A stretch of 64,000 nucleotides of DNA from Lingula anatina (taxonomy: Eukaryota; Animalia; Brachiopoda), in NCBI GenBank assembly GCA_051362555.1, contig CM120641.1:18910001-18974000 (forward strand). The letters run 5' to 3'. Shown piece by piece: positions 13,601 to 27,088 of the stretch. Under the pieces are notes generated by a model. The model did not search any database. It saw nothing but the letters and a program-made list of their open reading frames with translations, and had not been told where the DNA came from. Within the stretch, counting starts at the first letter, position 1. Every line of letters starts with the position of its first letter. The position numbers and the translations under genes were made by a program.

Positions 13601-15906
13601 GTAAGGCAACCACAAATGACAATATAAATATGGAGACACCCTTGAATTATTACAATATAAATTACAGTTATAAGTATTTCTGTTATTAACCAAACTAATA
13701 ATTTGTCATGTACCATTCAAATCTCAGAACATATCTGCTAAGAGACTGCCTTCAATATTAAAATGCAATAATTAAGCCATATACTGGCACATGAAGTACC
13801 TGTCTGCCTCGCCCTCCTCTACTACCATGATTGTGGTGATCTCTTGAATCATCTTGGCCAAACTCCTGGAGTAAACATGAAGATTATTATTTCACACAGT
13901 ATCTGTAAGGGGGGTAGGACCATAACCATGCCATATTCATTCATATTATTCATCTAAGAATACTTTATGCAGAACAATTTTTCTTTAACAAGTTATATTT
14001 ACTTCTTAGTCATAAGCATTTATTAAAATATGGAATTTGAAAAAAAAAATTAGAAAGTATCACAAAAAATATAAACAGTTAAAACCACATTTATATTAAA
14101 TTTCAGTATTACATGTCTTCCCCTTCCTCTGTTGTCATGTTGGTGATTATTTCTTGAGTCATCGAAGTCAAAATCCTGAATGTAATAAAAAATCACTTTT
14201 ACTTGTTGAGTAAACATTTCATATTATGACATATTGAAGATTCACATCAAAAAATCACTGTATAGATCTTTGAGGAAGTATAATAAGAAATATAATAAGT
14301 CATTAAGTAGAATATATTATACTGATGCATCATTTTTTTTCAAATCCCCCGAGGAAAGCCTAGAGGCCTAAAGCTTGGATAAGATATTACATCTTTATGG
14401 TAGATCTTCAAAGATGAATATTATGACATGTAAACAAAATACTTTCTTTTTGTCTCATAATGAATTCAATTTAAAGTGAAAATCTGCAGGTGTGAAACTT
14501 AAACTCAAATTTAAATTTTTCCCAGTGTTAACTGTTAAAAAATATTTCATAAACATATTGTATTAATGAGTTGTTTTTTCTTACTGGTGCCTCTTTTCTA
14601 GGAGATCCTAGTCTGTCTTTGACAGGTTTTCTGGGCCAGCTGTCTCCATCATCCTTCACAGGGGGATCCTTGGCACTGATCTGTCGCGCAAATTGTTTGT
14701 CTGCCTCTACTTCCTAAAAAAAAACAAACGAAAGTGTAAAACAGTTGTATTAGTGACTTATATAATTCAGTTTGGTTGGGGATATATTTCTTTTTTTAAT
14801 CTGTAAGTCCATGATGACACATAATAAGATACCTAATATTATTGTTAATTTCCTCAACAAGCTCCACTGGTGACATCAAAAAATGTCATTTCAAGAATAA
14901 AATGTACAAATAGACAGCACCACCAAAGCACAGACCTCCTGCAAGGGAAAGGCAATAGAAATTCTTTCAAGACATTGATAGCCCTAGATTCAGTTGAAAT
15001 TGCTGGATGCCCCCCCCCCCCCCTCCCTTACTTCTATCTTTAAAATTTCATCAAAATCTTTGAAGAACTTGATAACATATCTTGTCAACAAACAAACAGG
15101 CAAACCCTCATAGCCTCCTGCATTAACAGAGATAAATAAACATGGTCAGTGTTAGCCATATTCAACAGAGGTTTAAAAATTACAACCTCTATTTTCAGTC
15201 ATGATTTTTTGATAGTGTTTTTACTCTCTGCATTTGTTAAATAAAATCACAAAATCATGTAAATTACATTTCTTCAATAATCATTCAGAATGATGTACAA
15301 AACAATCACAATCAACTAAAGAAAACAATGCTTTCTACTGCTATGAATCCCCAAGTACTTCACATTACCACTACATTCTACCATACCTCATGTCTCTTCT
15401 TTAACATTTCATTCTTCTTCTTCAAGTCTTCCATTTTCTTGGTTAGCAATGCTTCCTTCTCTTCTTTTGTAAGAATGTCGAGGAACAGCTCCTTAGTTGG
15501 ACTGGACCTCTAGAAATACATATATCAATCCAGTCGTCACATATCATATGTAATTTATTTTAGAAATGGTCTTTTGGTTTTTCCTTTCGAATGTCATACT
15601 AAACACTTATGAAACAAGTAATTGACAATTTGTTTAGAGATGAGCACCAATTTGTTGGAAAAATATTATAATTAAAAGAAAAACAGAAGTACACAAGTTT
15701 TGAAGTGATGCTGATTCTTAAATACTACTGATATACTACTGAAATACCTGTTTACCTAATATTATCTATCTCAGTAATTGTGGAAAACAGATGACTAAAA
15801 TAATAATTTTCATTTTATTTTCAAAAAGGTTGATTACCTCCAACTAAAAATGATGTAGACTGTTTAAAAACAATCTTACCTGATATGGAGTTCTATTGGA
15901 AGCCAT
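4667..15906 (-). CDS. CCDC9: CCDC9-like (DUF4594) coiled-coil/RGG-rich protein, multi-exon
   Basis: Phase-consistent GT-AG exons: 15880-15906 (MASNRTPYQ), 15387-15509 (..LDILTKEEKEALLTKKMEDLKKKNEMLKKRHE), 14585-14713 (EVEADKQFA..), 14113-14175, 13800-13865, 13547-13579, 13276-13371, 12929-12985, 12582-12662, 12119-12304 (GGPPPDPAFNFLAD..RRHPRNFGG), 10919-11103 (MTGKERREYQEWKAERDRIDQARIQRQRDTGGDWRREWD), 10614-10663, 7569-7646, 5349-6599 (acidic low-complexity), 4993-5042, and a tentative last exon 4667-4678. The N-terminal coil and the MTGxER..WRREWD block match recalled CCDC9 motifs. The 3' end is uncertain (alternative read-through stop near 4948). Confidence 0.85.
7941..8155. mobile_element. 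Degenerate MITE (PIF/Harbinger-like)
   Basis: Imperfect terminal inverted repeats (gaccccatttccagag..tagatcg / cgatcta..ctctgggaatacagcc) flanked by TAA on both sides; GC-richer than the surrounding intron. Confidence 0.4.
11271..11946. mobile_element. Non-autonomous hAT-like DNA transposon with 6-bp TSD
   Basis: 13-bp TIR CAGGGATGCTAGT / ACTAGCATCCCTG; TTTAAT on both flanks; CpG-rich interior. Confidence 0.75.
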
Positions 15907-18900
15907 TGTTCTTGCTGCTACAATAAAACTGGTGTCTGAATGAATATCAGTAGCTTATGCATTCAACATCCCCTTCTCCCATTAAATAGCTTAAGTCTGC
16001 AAATGTGAAACACAGAAATGTGAAACACAGAAATGTGAAGAACAGTGGCTTAGCAACTCTTTAATGCCATTGTTATTTTTTCTCCAATTATTGCTAACTG
16101 GTAATTTTTGTCAGAGAAGCATGATGTGCAAAAACATGCTTGGAAGAAATGTGGATTTATTACTGTGTGTACCTTTACTCAACAAATACAACAGAGAAAT
16201 ATGAAAACCAATAAAATAATCATGACAAGACTGATTTGAGCTAAATCCACAAGTACTGACACCACTTACGCTGGTGGTACAATAAATAAAAGACATCTAT
16301 GACGATTGCCCCTTTTCTTTTTCTTTTTAGATTTAGGGAATAATATTGGTAATGTGACCCTTTTCTAGAAGTGGATCAACCAAAAAAAGTTACATTTCTA
16401 AATTTAACCTGGCATTGTTGTTTATTCATTAGGCATTTTAGCACTTTTTTCATGAAAAATATTGCTTTGTTAAAAACTTAGCATAAATATAAACTTCTAT
16501 TAATTTTGATCAACTAAATAATTTTTATAAATGAATAAATGAAATAAATAAATAAACAAAGTAACAATAATTAGAGTAATAATAAACTTATGAAATATTT
16601 CTATTTATAATGTAACTTTACCTGTATATTAGACAAAACTACAAACAGATTTATAACATTCCTTTGGAGATTCCTGAGAATATCTAAGTATATTTCCTTT
16701 TCGTATCTGTTAAATAGATCTATACAAGCTACAAGATCCCCTGTTTATTTAAATGAAGGCATCCCAGTATTCTATACATGGACTGGTGGCTTTACACCTG
16801 GAAACCTATGACCAGTCTTAATACACCTTGCTGATCATACTGATATCTCCAATTATCTTAATTAGGTACTGACCCCAGGCAAATCGTAAAATAGCAAATG
16901 TCCAGCAAGTGCAGAAATATCAAATAGAAAGCTAATACTGAAACATGGCCAAAATCAGGTCATTATGTTAAAGGTGATCAAGTCTTCCTAACAAAACTGA
17001 GATGTGTAGGCTACTGTCCCAATGGGGGTGAAGCCATTAGTTTTTCAAAACCCAAAATTTGTTTGTGGTGTCTTACTGCTTTATGCCAATTGGCAGCAAT
17101 TAACCCCTGCTCTAAACAGTGCCATGTTAAGTGCCACGGGCAAGAACAGAATTCTTTATAATTATGCAATACCTGTGTATGGATACCTATGCAGTAACCA
17201 GACACCATTTGGATAGGTGTTTAGTCTGCTATGATCTACATGTGGTATTGCTGGATACATATTATAGTGTTACATTCCATGTTTGTCATGTGGTATATTA
17301 CACACATAAGACATGAGCTTATAGCTTTGTTCCTAATTGCTATATATTTGTTCTACTTAATCATGTCAAAGACTGCACTTGGCTATGGTGCAAAGTTTTT
17401 ATTATTATGAGAATCATACACTTTACTAGTTCTTGTAATAAAGTTATAACCTGAAATACATAATCACTGATGACTTCTTCACACCCATTTCCCCTCGTAA
17501 CTTACCTCATTGATTTACCAGCACATTTCAGTATTTCTTCACTTAAAATTTTTTAGGTACTAGTACACTAAAGCAGGTACTACCAATTATTTATTCTCTT
17601 GTACATATTATATAAAACAAAATTTTAGTTCATTTAACAATCAAAATTTTAAATAATACATTGATTGGGAGTCACTCGATACATTTTGTATTTCATAAAC
17701 ACCTTTGATAAAGAAAAAATATAGTAATTAATTAAAATTTATAAGTAAAAATCTGATTGTTAAAGGTGGGCAATAAAATAAAATGAAAATAAATACTGCC
17801 ACCAAGTCCTAGATTTTGAACCCAATGCATTCAGGTCATGGTTGAAAACATGGGTATGTACTCAAATTTGCCTTGCAGTGATTAAGTATTATCCTGTATT
17901 TCATCTACACTTGCCTCAGCAAGCCAAAGGTATGCAGACTGCTGGACATTCAACCATACATCCAGAGAGAGACAGACTATTCTGTCAGCTGCAATTACTC
18001 AATTGGCACCCTGCAGATGCAATCAGCTTTTCATCACAGAATTGATGTAGGTAAAGATATGCTATGTATAGGATGGAGACCAAGTAAGGCATGGTCGATG
18101 ATCTTCTGAGACATGTTATACTCCAAAACTTAATGACACAAGAGAAATCAAAAGGCATATCATTGTATCACAGCAATAACATAAATCTACAAATAAATCT
18201 GGAATACTGATATATTTCTTACTTCAAATTCCATTGGTGAAATCACTAAAACGTACTGTATATATACGTAGCTGAAATGTTGACTATATTCCTTCCTTTG
18301 ATATATTCCAACAACAGTTAAGTTTTAGAAAATTTACAGTTTTTGATCTAATGAATACCATCTAAATAAGTATTTAGCATATGAGGAAGAGTAAGCCATG
18401 TGCCTAAAACTCACTCATATATACCTGAAACGTTTCCTTCCACAGATGTATGATTGGCTACAAACTTCACCTGTTTTTGACATGTACAAATGAGTATGGA
18501 TTGGTACTAGTTAAAGTAGGCAGTCATTTTTGAAGGTTACAACTAAAATCTTGAGTTATCAATAAATGTATAATCTCAAGATTTTTTTAAACCATGACTG
18601 ACACCTCTACTAAATGAAAAGAATAACAATTAATATTGAACTTTCAATGTAACCTAACATTGTTGGCTGTGTACTGGCTATTACTAGTACTACTGCCTGT
18701 TTAGGTAAATGATTTAATATGGCAAATTATTACAATGTCCCACAAAGGCAAACAAAGGAAGTAATTCCCCAAAATACAATTCCCAACACTTTCTTATCTC
18801 CTGCACCGATGTCAATAATTGGTCTGATAGAGCCAAGATACATAAATTGTCTTAAAGCTACTGGCTAGTAAATAAAAGCCCTTCAAAAAGTCTGAAGTAT

Positions 18901-19891
18901 ACAGTCTGATTCTGAATTATAACCCAACAGAAAAAAATAAAAGCTCATGAAATATGATATGAAACCATAACTTCAACATCTCCTTGATGTCTTGAAATGT
19001 GTCATAATCAAAGCATTGTTACTGAGTACATATCAGTGAAAATTCCTGGCTCATTTCTCTCTTCTATTTCTTATAAAATCTCCACCACTACTTCTTTTCC
19101 AAACAAAGAAAAGATTGTCAATTTGTTTTGGGCTTAAAGAACTGAAACAGTAATAAACTGTGCAGCTTCTTTGCAACACCTCTATCTTATAGTGGTGCAT
19201 TTACAGAACAAAGTAACACTGCAAATCTTATTTCAATACAATGACAAAAACAGACATCACTGTTCGATCTTTCTAGCGATTTCATCAATTCCACCATCAA
19301 TGAACACTGAGAATATTGTGGGGCTTAACTGCAAGTTTCAAAACCTCCCAAGTGCCCTGACATTAAATGTAAGAAACATGAAAAGAACTCCAAACTTTAT
19401 CAAACATAGAACAACAATGCATTCCTAATCTGTGTGTTACAATTATATGGCAATCTGATTGACCTTTTTGAAATCTCCAACAATAATTATGTTGCACGGT
19501 ATTGCTTTAATGGTGTCACATACTTCTCAACTACAAGTACGCCGATTCCTCTTTGATAAGACAAGAGTCAATGACCAAAATTCAGACTCAGAAATAAAGA
19601 GAAACAGTGATACGATGTCTGAGACTATCGCATAAAATTGCAATTACAGAGGCAAGCATTTTGGTATACATCACAAAAATGTAAGCCAACCTCGTAGGCG
19701 CACATGCAGTCAGTAATGATTCATTCGCTGTTGTAACTGATACCCCTTCCTCAGTATTCATGTAATCAGACTGTCGGGTCTTCAAAATTATCACATCCTG
19801 GAAATGCCCCAATGCACTTTAACTAAGCGTTCAGCATTGCTTAAGGAAAATCGGCTGAATAATATCTGATCATTGAGTAAGCCATACATAC

Positions 19892-20110
19892 CTCTACAGT
19901 AACTATCGCACCGCTAATTTTCTTAGGTTTCCATTAGAATTTTTTCTTCCATCAAATGCCCAGCGTGCATTCCAAAGATATAAAGTTTTCTGGTCTCCAA
20001 AATTTAGAGAGCTCTTTTCCGGTTTGCTTGCGCGAAAAACGAAGCCTTTACGGTCTACATAGTACAGTATCCCTCAATATAAGTATTCGAAATTATCGCG
20101 GGCCCCTATG
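19892..20110 (-). promoter_or_regulatory. Probable non-coding first exon and CpG-enriched promoter of the CCDC9-like gene
   Basis: Minus-strand donor GTATGT at ~19886-19891; local CpG enrichment; E2F-like TTTTCGCGC and ETS-like CCGGAAA on the minus strand at ~20016-20040. Confidence 0.4.
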
Positions 20111-20957
20111 TCAGCCAGAGCCCAGTAACTTTTAAAATTTGACTGGGCAATAAATTTGTTAATCTATTTCTTTTAACTTGTGATTACTTATTTTGAAACA
20201 TTCTTTTCTCACTTTTGCATTTTCAAGGCATGCCTGCGAACTCCTACAGTGTACGGGTCAGAAGCCCTCTCTCAGCATCTTTTTCTGAATATATATGTGA
20301 GAACATTAATCTACAGCATAGAATAGTGTATAAAATGTCATTTGTGTTTGTTAGAAATATGACAACAGAGATTTTTTTTATTATATCATCACAGCAGAAA
20401 AGACAGTGGAATACACCATCTACCAGACTTACTTCTAAATGATTTCCAGTACGTACATATATTGCACATATTTTCTCTTGTCTTAACTGGATTTTTTATT
20501 CCTTTTCTCTGGACAGTAACATGTTCTAAATTTTTCTAAAGAAAACAGCCTGGTTTAATGGAAGTATAAAATATTTTATTTCTCAAGACAACACTCAGAT
20601 ATTCTATTTTTGAAAATAAAAATAAATAATATGATTAACAATGAGCAAATGGATACAAACAATGAAACAGATTAATAGATGAGATAGATAAAACACTAGT
20701 CCATGTACCTAATGTATAATAATCTTTAAGCATTTTATTATTAATTGATCATTTGTACTGTCTTCTGTCTTTGGAGACATGCCCTGGATTGTTATTCCTT
20801 AAATGTTGACAACTAGTTACAGGTGATGAGCATTTGCTCAGCACTACTAGGAATATAGAAAAAAATATGATTTGCAACCATGATTTGCAGAATTTTTTTT
20901 TTTTTTTTTTTATTAAAAGCAAATAATCAGTTTGTGACATCAAATATGAATAATAAG

Positions 20958-21218
20958 CAGTGGTGGATTTAAGGCGGGGGGGGTCCTGACCCCCCCCCCC
21001 CCCCCTTTGATTTCTGAAAAAAATTGTACCAATGGTCCCGTCTTGAAATTAGAATTTTGCCTATCTGAATCATAGTTCTAAACCGTACCAAATGGCACTG
21101 TTCACCCTATAAAATTTTTCAGGGCCCTTCAGTGTGCCCCGAACCCCACGCCAAGTGGGGGGAGGGGGCAGCTTCGCATCTGTGAACCCCCCTTCAAATA
21201 ATCCTACATTCGCCCCTG
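20958..21218. mobile_element. hAT-like MITE
   Basis: Termini CAGTGGTGGATTTA.. / ..TACATTCGCCCCTG; flanks ATAAG / ATAAT (5-bp TSD, one mismatch); same terminal type as 24890-25057. Confidence 0.6.
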
Positions 21219-21283
21219 ATAATTGGCTGTTCCATTTGTGGCTTTTTATATAGTGGAATTATTGTTGTGTAGAAGAATAATTA

Positions 21284-21460
21284 CGGGGGCGTCTCAATAG
21301 TCCGAAGGTTCATTGGTCCGAAGGTTCATTGGTCCGAAAAGTGGTAACATTTTTATCGATTTTTTAATCATGGGGTTCATTGGTCCGAAGGTTCTATAGT
21401 GAACATTCGGACCAATGAACCTTCGGACTATTGAACCTTCGGACTATCGCTACGGCCCCA
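21284..21460. mobile_element. Foldback-type MITE with ~17-bp subterminal tandem repeats
   Basis: Left arm (GTCCGAAGGTTCATTG)n is mirrored by right arm (CAATGAACCTTCGGAC)n; TAATTA flanks both ends. Confidence 0.7.
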
Positions 21461-21803
21461 TAATTACACATACTCTACAGCATCTTCAAAAAAACAATAA
21501 GTAAGAAATACACAAAGGATCTCCTCCATTCAACTTGTACTCGGCATCTCTTTATAATATATATAATGTATAAAGCTATATTTATTTTTTCATTTATTTA
21601 CCAATCATAACTATTATCCTATATATAATTATATAAATAGTAGTTAGAGAGCCTTTGAATGTAAAAATATTTCTGTGCTCAATAAAATTATTCTTATTAA
21701 ATGTGTTTTTGTTGAAATAATTCTTAATGTTTGACTTCATTTCAGGGATGACTCATTCAGATCCATAGATCACACTTAGCCTGCCTTCTCTGGGGTCTGA
21801 AGA

Positions 21804-23599
21804 TTATCTTCTCCTATTTCTGCCTCCAGGTTGCTGTTGAGATGGGCCAGGTTGAGGGTATCCTAAGAACGTATAAATTTACACTGATGCAACAAAAATG
21901 TTGAAAGAAAAAGAATTACTCTTTGTAAGCGTATCATCGGTATGTAAATGCAGTTGTTGTATTTACAGTTCAATAAAATGTAGACTTCATTTTTTTAATG
22001 TATCAAATGCTAAGCTAATAGCATTGACACTTATTAGACCATAACATCTCCTGTACTGTACAAACCTGGGTATCCATACTGACCAGGGGGCGGTCCTCCA
22101 TAGTATCCAGGAGGGGGACCACCATATGCTCCAGGAGGGGGACCCCCATATCCCCCAGGGGGTGGAGCACCGTATGTTCCAGGAGGGGGACCACCATATG
22201 CTCCAGGAGGGGGACCGCCATATGCCCCAGGGGGTGGACCACCATATGCCCCAGGGGGTGGGCCACCATAGGGCCCAGGGGGAGGACCACCATATGGGCC
22301 TTGGGGTGGTCCATATTGACTGGGTGCACCTGGTAATAAGAATTTTCAAATGACACGATACACTAATAGAGCTTAAAAGCATTTTTTTCAGTAACTGGTT
22401 CAAACATTTTTAATTTTTGGGGGGCAATTTCCCTTACTAAATTATTTTTGAAATGTCTTACTGTACTTAAAATTTTTTCATGTTGGTCTGTCACATAAAA
22501 TCATTTACATTCCGACACATACATCCACACTTTTGTACAAGTTTTTACCTCCCTTATCCACACAAACAAATCAGCCTGAGATTTGAATCTTCTGGTCAGC
22601 AACATTCAAAAATCTTGTCTACCTATGGACTTTTTTAGATTAGAAATTAATACACTAATAAGAAATTAAAATAATGAGTATGATAGTCATGTAAATTACT
22701 TGCCTGATGGAGCAGCTCCACCTCTGCCAGTCCTTGCACCAATTTTATCTAGTTTTTTGTCATATCTGAAAAGAGCACCCTTGAGTGTCAGAGGACTTTG
22801 GGAATAGTGCCTCTCTACTATGGACATGCCTCTGCCTAATACTGGCAATACCAGAGGCATGCTGATAGAAAAGGGAGTTCCCTACATCCTCTTGAACTTT
22901 AGGTATATAAGAGTTTAACTGTCTAAATCTTTTGATCTGGTGAATGTGTATTGCTGGCAGTCTTCATTGAGTAATTGCACTATACCCATGCAATTTCATT
23001 TACTCAAAATTTGGTAAAGGTCATTTCTTAAAGAAAAAAGTGATGAAAAAACTTTTGAGATATAATCCTATTGAATATGAAATATATATATATATATATA
23101 TTGAAATTGATAGTAACATGATTGGCTTTTGTACAATTTCATGGTCTAAACATACAACAGTCTTGATTTCTACAGCATAAATCTAGAACAAATTCTCAAC
23201 CTGGCTTGTTTCTTTGCCTTCTTCTGGTCCCAGTCAGCCATCTTCTGTTCCTCTTCCTGTGCCCTCTGCTGCTTGAAACCCTCTGGGTCTGTCAACATCT
23301 TTGCTCCTTTCACGGCATCTAATTGAAATAAAGATTGTAATATACAGCATTTGTGGTTAATTTCAATATTTCCTATTAGACTAATTATAAAAAATGCACC
23401 TCACTTTTATATTCTTATTATTTCTTTTATTTGCTGAATAAGAGGAACATAAATCATATTTTTTAGCATATCATATTGCACTGAGATAATCATAACAGTT
23501 TGTTTACTCTAGATTTAAAGTCCTTTAAGGATACATGTTAGACAACAACATAGTTTCATACTTACATTTGCCAACTTCAAATATTTCTTTAATGGGCAT
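21804..23599 (-). CDS. Uncharacterised ~178-aa protein with (YGGPPPGA)n repeat tail (paralog A)
   Basis: Exons 23566-23599 (MPIKEIFEVGK), 23201-23318 (YAVKGAKMLTDPEGFKQQRAQEEEQKMADWDQKKAKKQAR), 22704-22765 (GC donor), 22066-22329 (about nine 24-bp YGGPPPGx units), 21804-21862 (GYPQPGPSQQQPGGRNRRR*). All intron phases are consistent. Confidence 0.75.
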
Positions 23600-24139
23600 C
23601 CTGACTGTTGGCTGGACAAATCCAAAAATATTTAAAAGTCAACAACACGTATAAAAAAAGCAAATCAAGTGCAACAAAATACTTTAGTTCTCACATACAA
23701 GTGTACTTGTATGTATCACAACCACAGCCAGTGTTTCAGTGATATTGCTGGATATCATATGATGCCTCAAGCTGGAAGAGTAATCATTATTTACAATGAT
23801 ATCATTGTGAAATTATGGTTTATCATGCTCTATGATAACCACCCAGTTGCTTATCAGAGAGTTTAATATGGTGTCCTATTAGTGAGAGTAACAGTTGTGA
23901 GTTGATGTTTAGGAAATATAATATTTTCTGCTCTAAATATGGTTTTTTGATTAATTCACATTTTCCTTCATAATAGTTATGACTGGTTATAACAGACACT
24001 TAATTAGGTGACAATTACATAAAATTCTGGTTTATTTTTTTAATGAGGTAAATCGTCTTTTCAACAAGATAAAAACTTCTGTTTTGATTGGCTGTAATAG
24101 TAACATAATCTTGTTAAGACTGGATAATTTTAGTTAAAA

Positions 24140-24243
24140 TGGGGGGAGGGGGGGGGTAGTGAAGAAAGTTTTTTTTTTCAATTCGCCCAAAATGTTGAAA
24201 AAGATCCAAAATAACAATGCTGCATATTCACCCCAAATCTCAA

Positions 24244-24286
<43 letters not shown>

Positions 24287-25110
24287 AATAAAAAAGCCGC
24301 CATATCTGAACCTATGCAAAATATAATCAAAATCAATCTACCATATCTATCATTCACACCTACATCTCATCATTAAACCTCCAAATTTTATCTTTACAGT
24401 ACTCCAAAAAGGTCCTCAGGGGCACGACGGTGGGTGGGTGGGTGGGGGGGGGGGGGGGGGGAGAGAGGGGCGGGGTAGGGAGGGTGGAAAAAGTTTTTTC
24501 AATTCACCCGAGATGTTGACAAAACCACTTTACAGCACCTATTGATCGCTACAAATGACCAAACACAGCTACCGGACATCATAAAAATCCAAAATAACGT
24601 TACATTTTCACTCCAAAAAATGCCATATCCGGACCTACCGAAATCGACAATTTTCAGAGTGCAAAATGTGATCAAAATCAATCTACCATATCTATCATCC
24701 ACAATTTTAATTGTCTAAACACACCTACATCTCATCACTAAAGCCCCACATTTTATCTTTACAGCACTCCAAAAATCTTTTCAAGAGAGGTGGGATCAGA
24801 CATGAAGTTGTACAACTTCTTGGGTTGGATAAAGTTTTTTAATTCACTCGATATGTCGATAAACCAATTTACCGCACATAGGCTATTGACAGGGGCGGAT
24901 TTAGGCCGTTTTCTGGGACTTCTGGAAGACGGTCATATTGTCAAGTTTACATTGATGAGTACGTAGTTTTTTCTATCAGAAGACAGTCAAAAATGGAGAA
25001 TAGATCAACAAAGATAATTTGGAAGACTGTCAGATAATATCTCTGGATCCGCCCCTGATTGATGACTACAAATGACCAAACACATCTACTGGTCCCAAAA
25101 TGCAGAACTG
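24140..25110. repeat. ~340-bp tandem repeat, about three diverged copies, containing (AATA)n and poly-G
   Basis: Recurring blocks aaagtttttt..caattc(g/a)c, atcaaaatcaatctaccatatctatcat, cacctacatctcatca..aaa and ctacaaatgaccaaacaca in successive units starting near 24165, 24490 and 24830. Confidence 0.65.
24890..25057. mobile_element. hAT5-like MITE with 5-bp TSD
   Basis: TIR CAGGGGCGGAT / ATCCGCCCCTG; ATTGA is duplicated on both sides; the adjacent tandem unit (~24541) has a single ATTGA, i.e. the empty site. Confidence 0.8.
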
Positions 25111-25795
25111 ACTGTGGCAGGACCGCCGACGAGACTGAGTGACTCTAATTGACTTCATCCTGGCTTTTACTTTTTTCATGAAATCAAAACTTTCTTTAAC
25201 TAACCCATCCAAGGAGAAAATATTCTACCATTCCTCTGGAAAACCTTATGCCTGACATCATCACAAATGTTGTTATTAATGAACAAGTACACAAACAAAC
25301 AAATACGAATCCGCATTACGAACCGCTCGCGAGCAGTTGGCCCTTCGCTTCTAGTCAGAGTTCGGGGGATAAAGACTACTTGCAGCACAAAAATGGCGAG
25401 AAATCGAAAAAAAAAAAGAAAGAAAGAAAAAAAAGTAAATCTCGAAAACGTAGGCCTATCATTTGTCATTTATATCCCCAACTGATTCGTGTTAGGCATT
25501 TCTTAGCATTCAAGTAAAAATAGACGAAGTTTCAGGGAAAATCATTCCTAATTATGATGTTCCATGAAACAAAGGCATTATTTTAGCTCTTAACTGGTAA
25601 AGCAGCAGTGTTTATTTATTCGTTTATTTATATATGTGTTTGTTTATCTTTTTAGGCGTGGGGGGCGGGGGGCAAAATTTATTTTCGCTATCAAGCACAT
25701 TTCCTTCGCCTGGACAAATTTGGACGTTTCGGAATCAAGTAACTAGATGAGTTAATTGGTTCAAATCATTTGTAATTCGCGGATGGCGTTAACAT

Positions 25796-25837
<42 letters not shown>

Positions 25838-27088
25838 ATTTGTTTGCCAAAACGAAAAGAGAAAGAAAGTACGGTTGCTTGAAACGAAAGACTGTGCGCA
25901 GTTTGTCTGAGCGCGCATCTCTCAAGCTCTGGACAGCTTAAATAGTATAGTTTCAGAGAGCGTGGGCAACAGAACAAAGCAGTCGTGTAGGGCGTATAGT
26001 CTAATGCATATAGATCCAAAAGCTTCTTTCTTTCAATCCTCGAACATTGCCTTTATTGTCTTCTGCCTACGCTGCAAGACCATGGTTGTTGTTCTTTGTT
26101 GTTTTTACTGTTTTTTCCATGCATCTACTGCCCACCCTTTCCATCTTATCAATTTTTCTTGATGTGTGTTTAGTTTCTGTTTCAATTAATTTATTTCACT
26201 TGTTATCCCTTGAACATTTTTGCCCATTACCAATGACAACAGCTGCTTGTATGCTATATTATTTACAATTTGGTAATCAAAGTAGGAAATTAGATAATGC
26301 AATATACATGCTAGAATCGGGTTCAGCGCACTACACTCTTACCGATCACTGTCACTTGTATTTTAATCTTATACATAACGTTGTATAATGATTATCATAT
26401 GGCGAGGAAACCTATGTAACAGTCTTTCGTTTTGTTGATGTCTCGGTGATGTCACAAGGAGTAGGCGGAGCTAGTCAATTTGCCATTGATTGTAAAAACG
26501 CGTGCTGTTATCAGTATATAATGCGCGGGTCCACACCTGCTATTATATATAAGAGAGAATACAATATATTTTCAGTTGGCTCCCGATTGCTTGCAAAACG
26601 TGTACCTTGACAGATATCGAGTTCTGCAATCTAGGAGCCTATACATGTAAAAGGTGCGTACTAAAATTGATCAGCAAGATTTGTTATTACAGTAAATTTC
26701 AACAATTCAACGTGACGAATACGAATCAACAAATCGATGTAATAGTAAACCGTTTTTATCAGAAAAAAATGAATCTAATATGGATTTGGGAAGAAGTAAT
26801 ATATCAAGAATCAAGAACAAGCGTAGTTCAATTCTTTATAGAAGTGTTTTCTTGTGAGTAGTCGTTAGTAGACGATTTGGGAATACTGTACGTTTTGATT
26901 TTGATCTGCTTTTTTTTTTAGATTTCTATTTTCAGTTTGTTCAGAAACTGAACACTTCTGGTATAGGTCTCTTTAAATTTTGACCATTATACTTGGATAC
27001 TGAAAAAAAAAAAAAAAAAAACAGTTATATGCGGTGCTGCGTGTTGGCATCGAAATGCGCCATCTCCTATGAACCATGCTTGCCAGAG

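Noticed and set aside
16480-19500. Decayed LINE fragments in the first CCDC9 intron
   Set aside because: Only faint motif echoes (e.g. LTFNVRAL, KRSSGG on the minus strand) with many stops; not supportable without a profile search.
21987-22403. ORF-track proteins with WWSPSW or HMVVPLLE repeats
   Set aside because: Alternative frames of the 24-bp repeat exon; splice phases support the YGGPPPG frame.
26993-27088. Extended GPCR N-terminus (MDTEKKKKKN..) from the ORF track
   Set aside because: It starts at TTG and runs through a poly-A tract; a eukaryotic ATG start at 27089 (or 27029) is more plausible.
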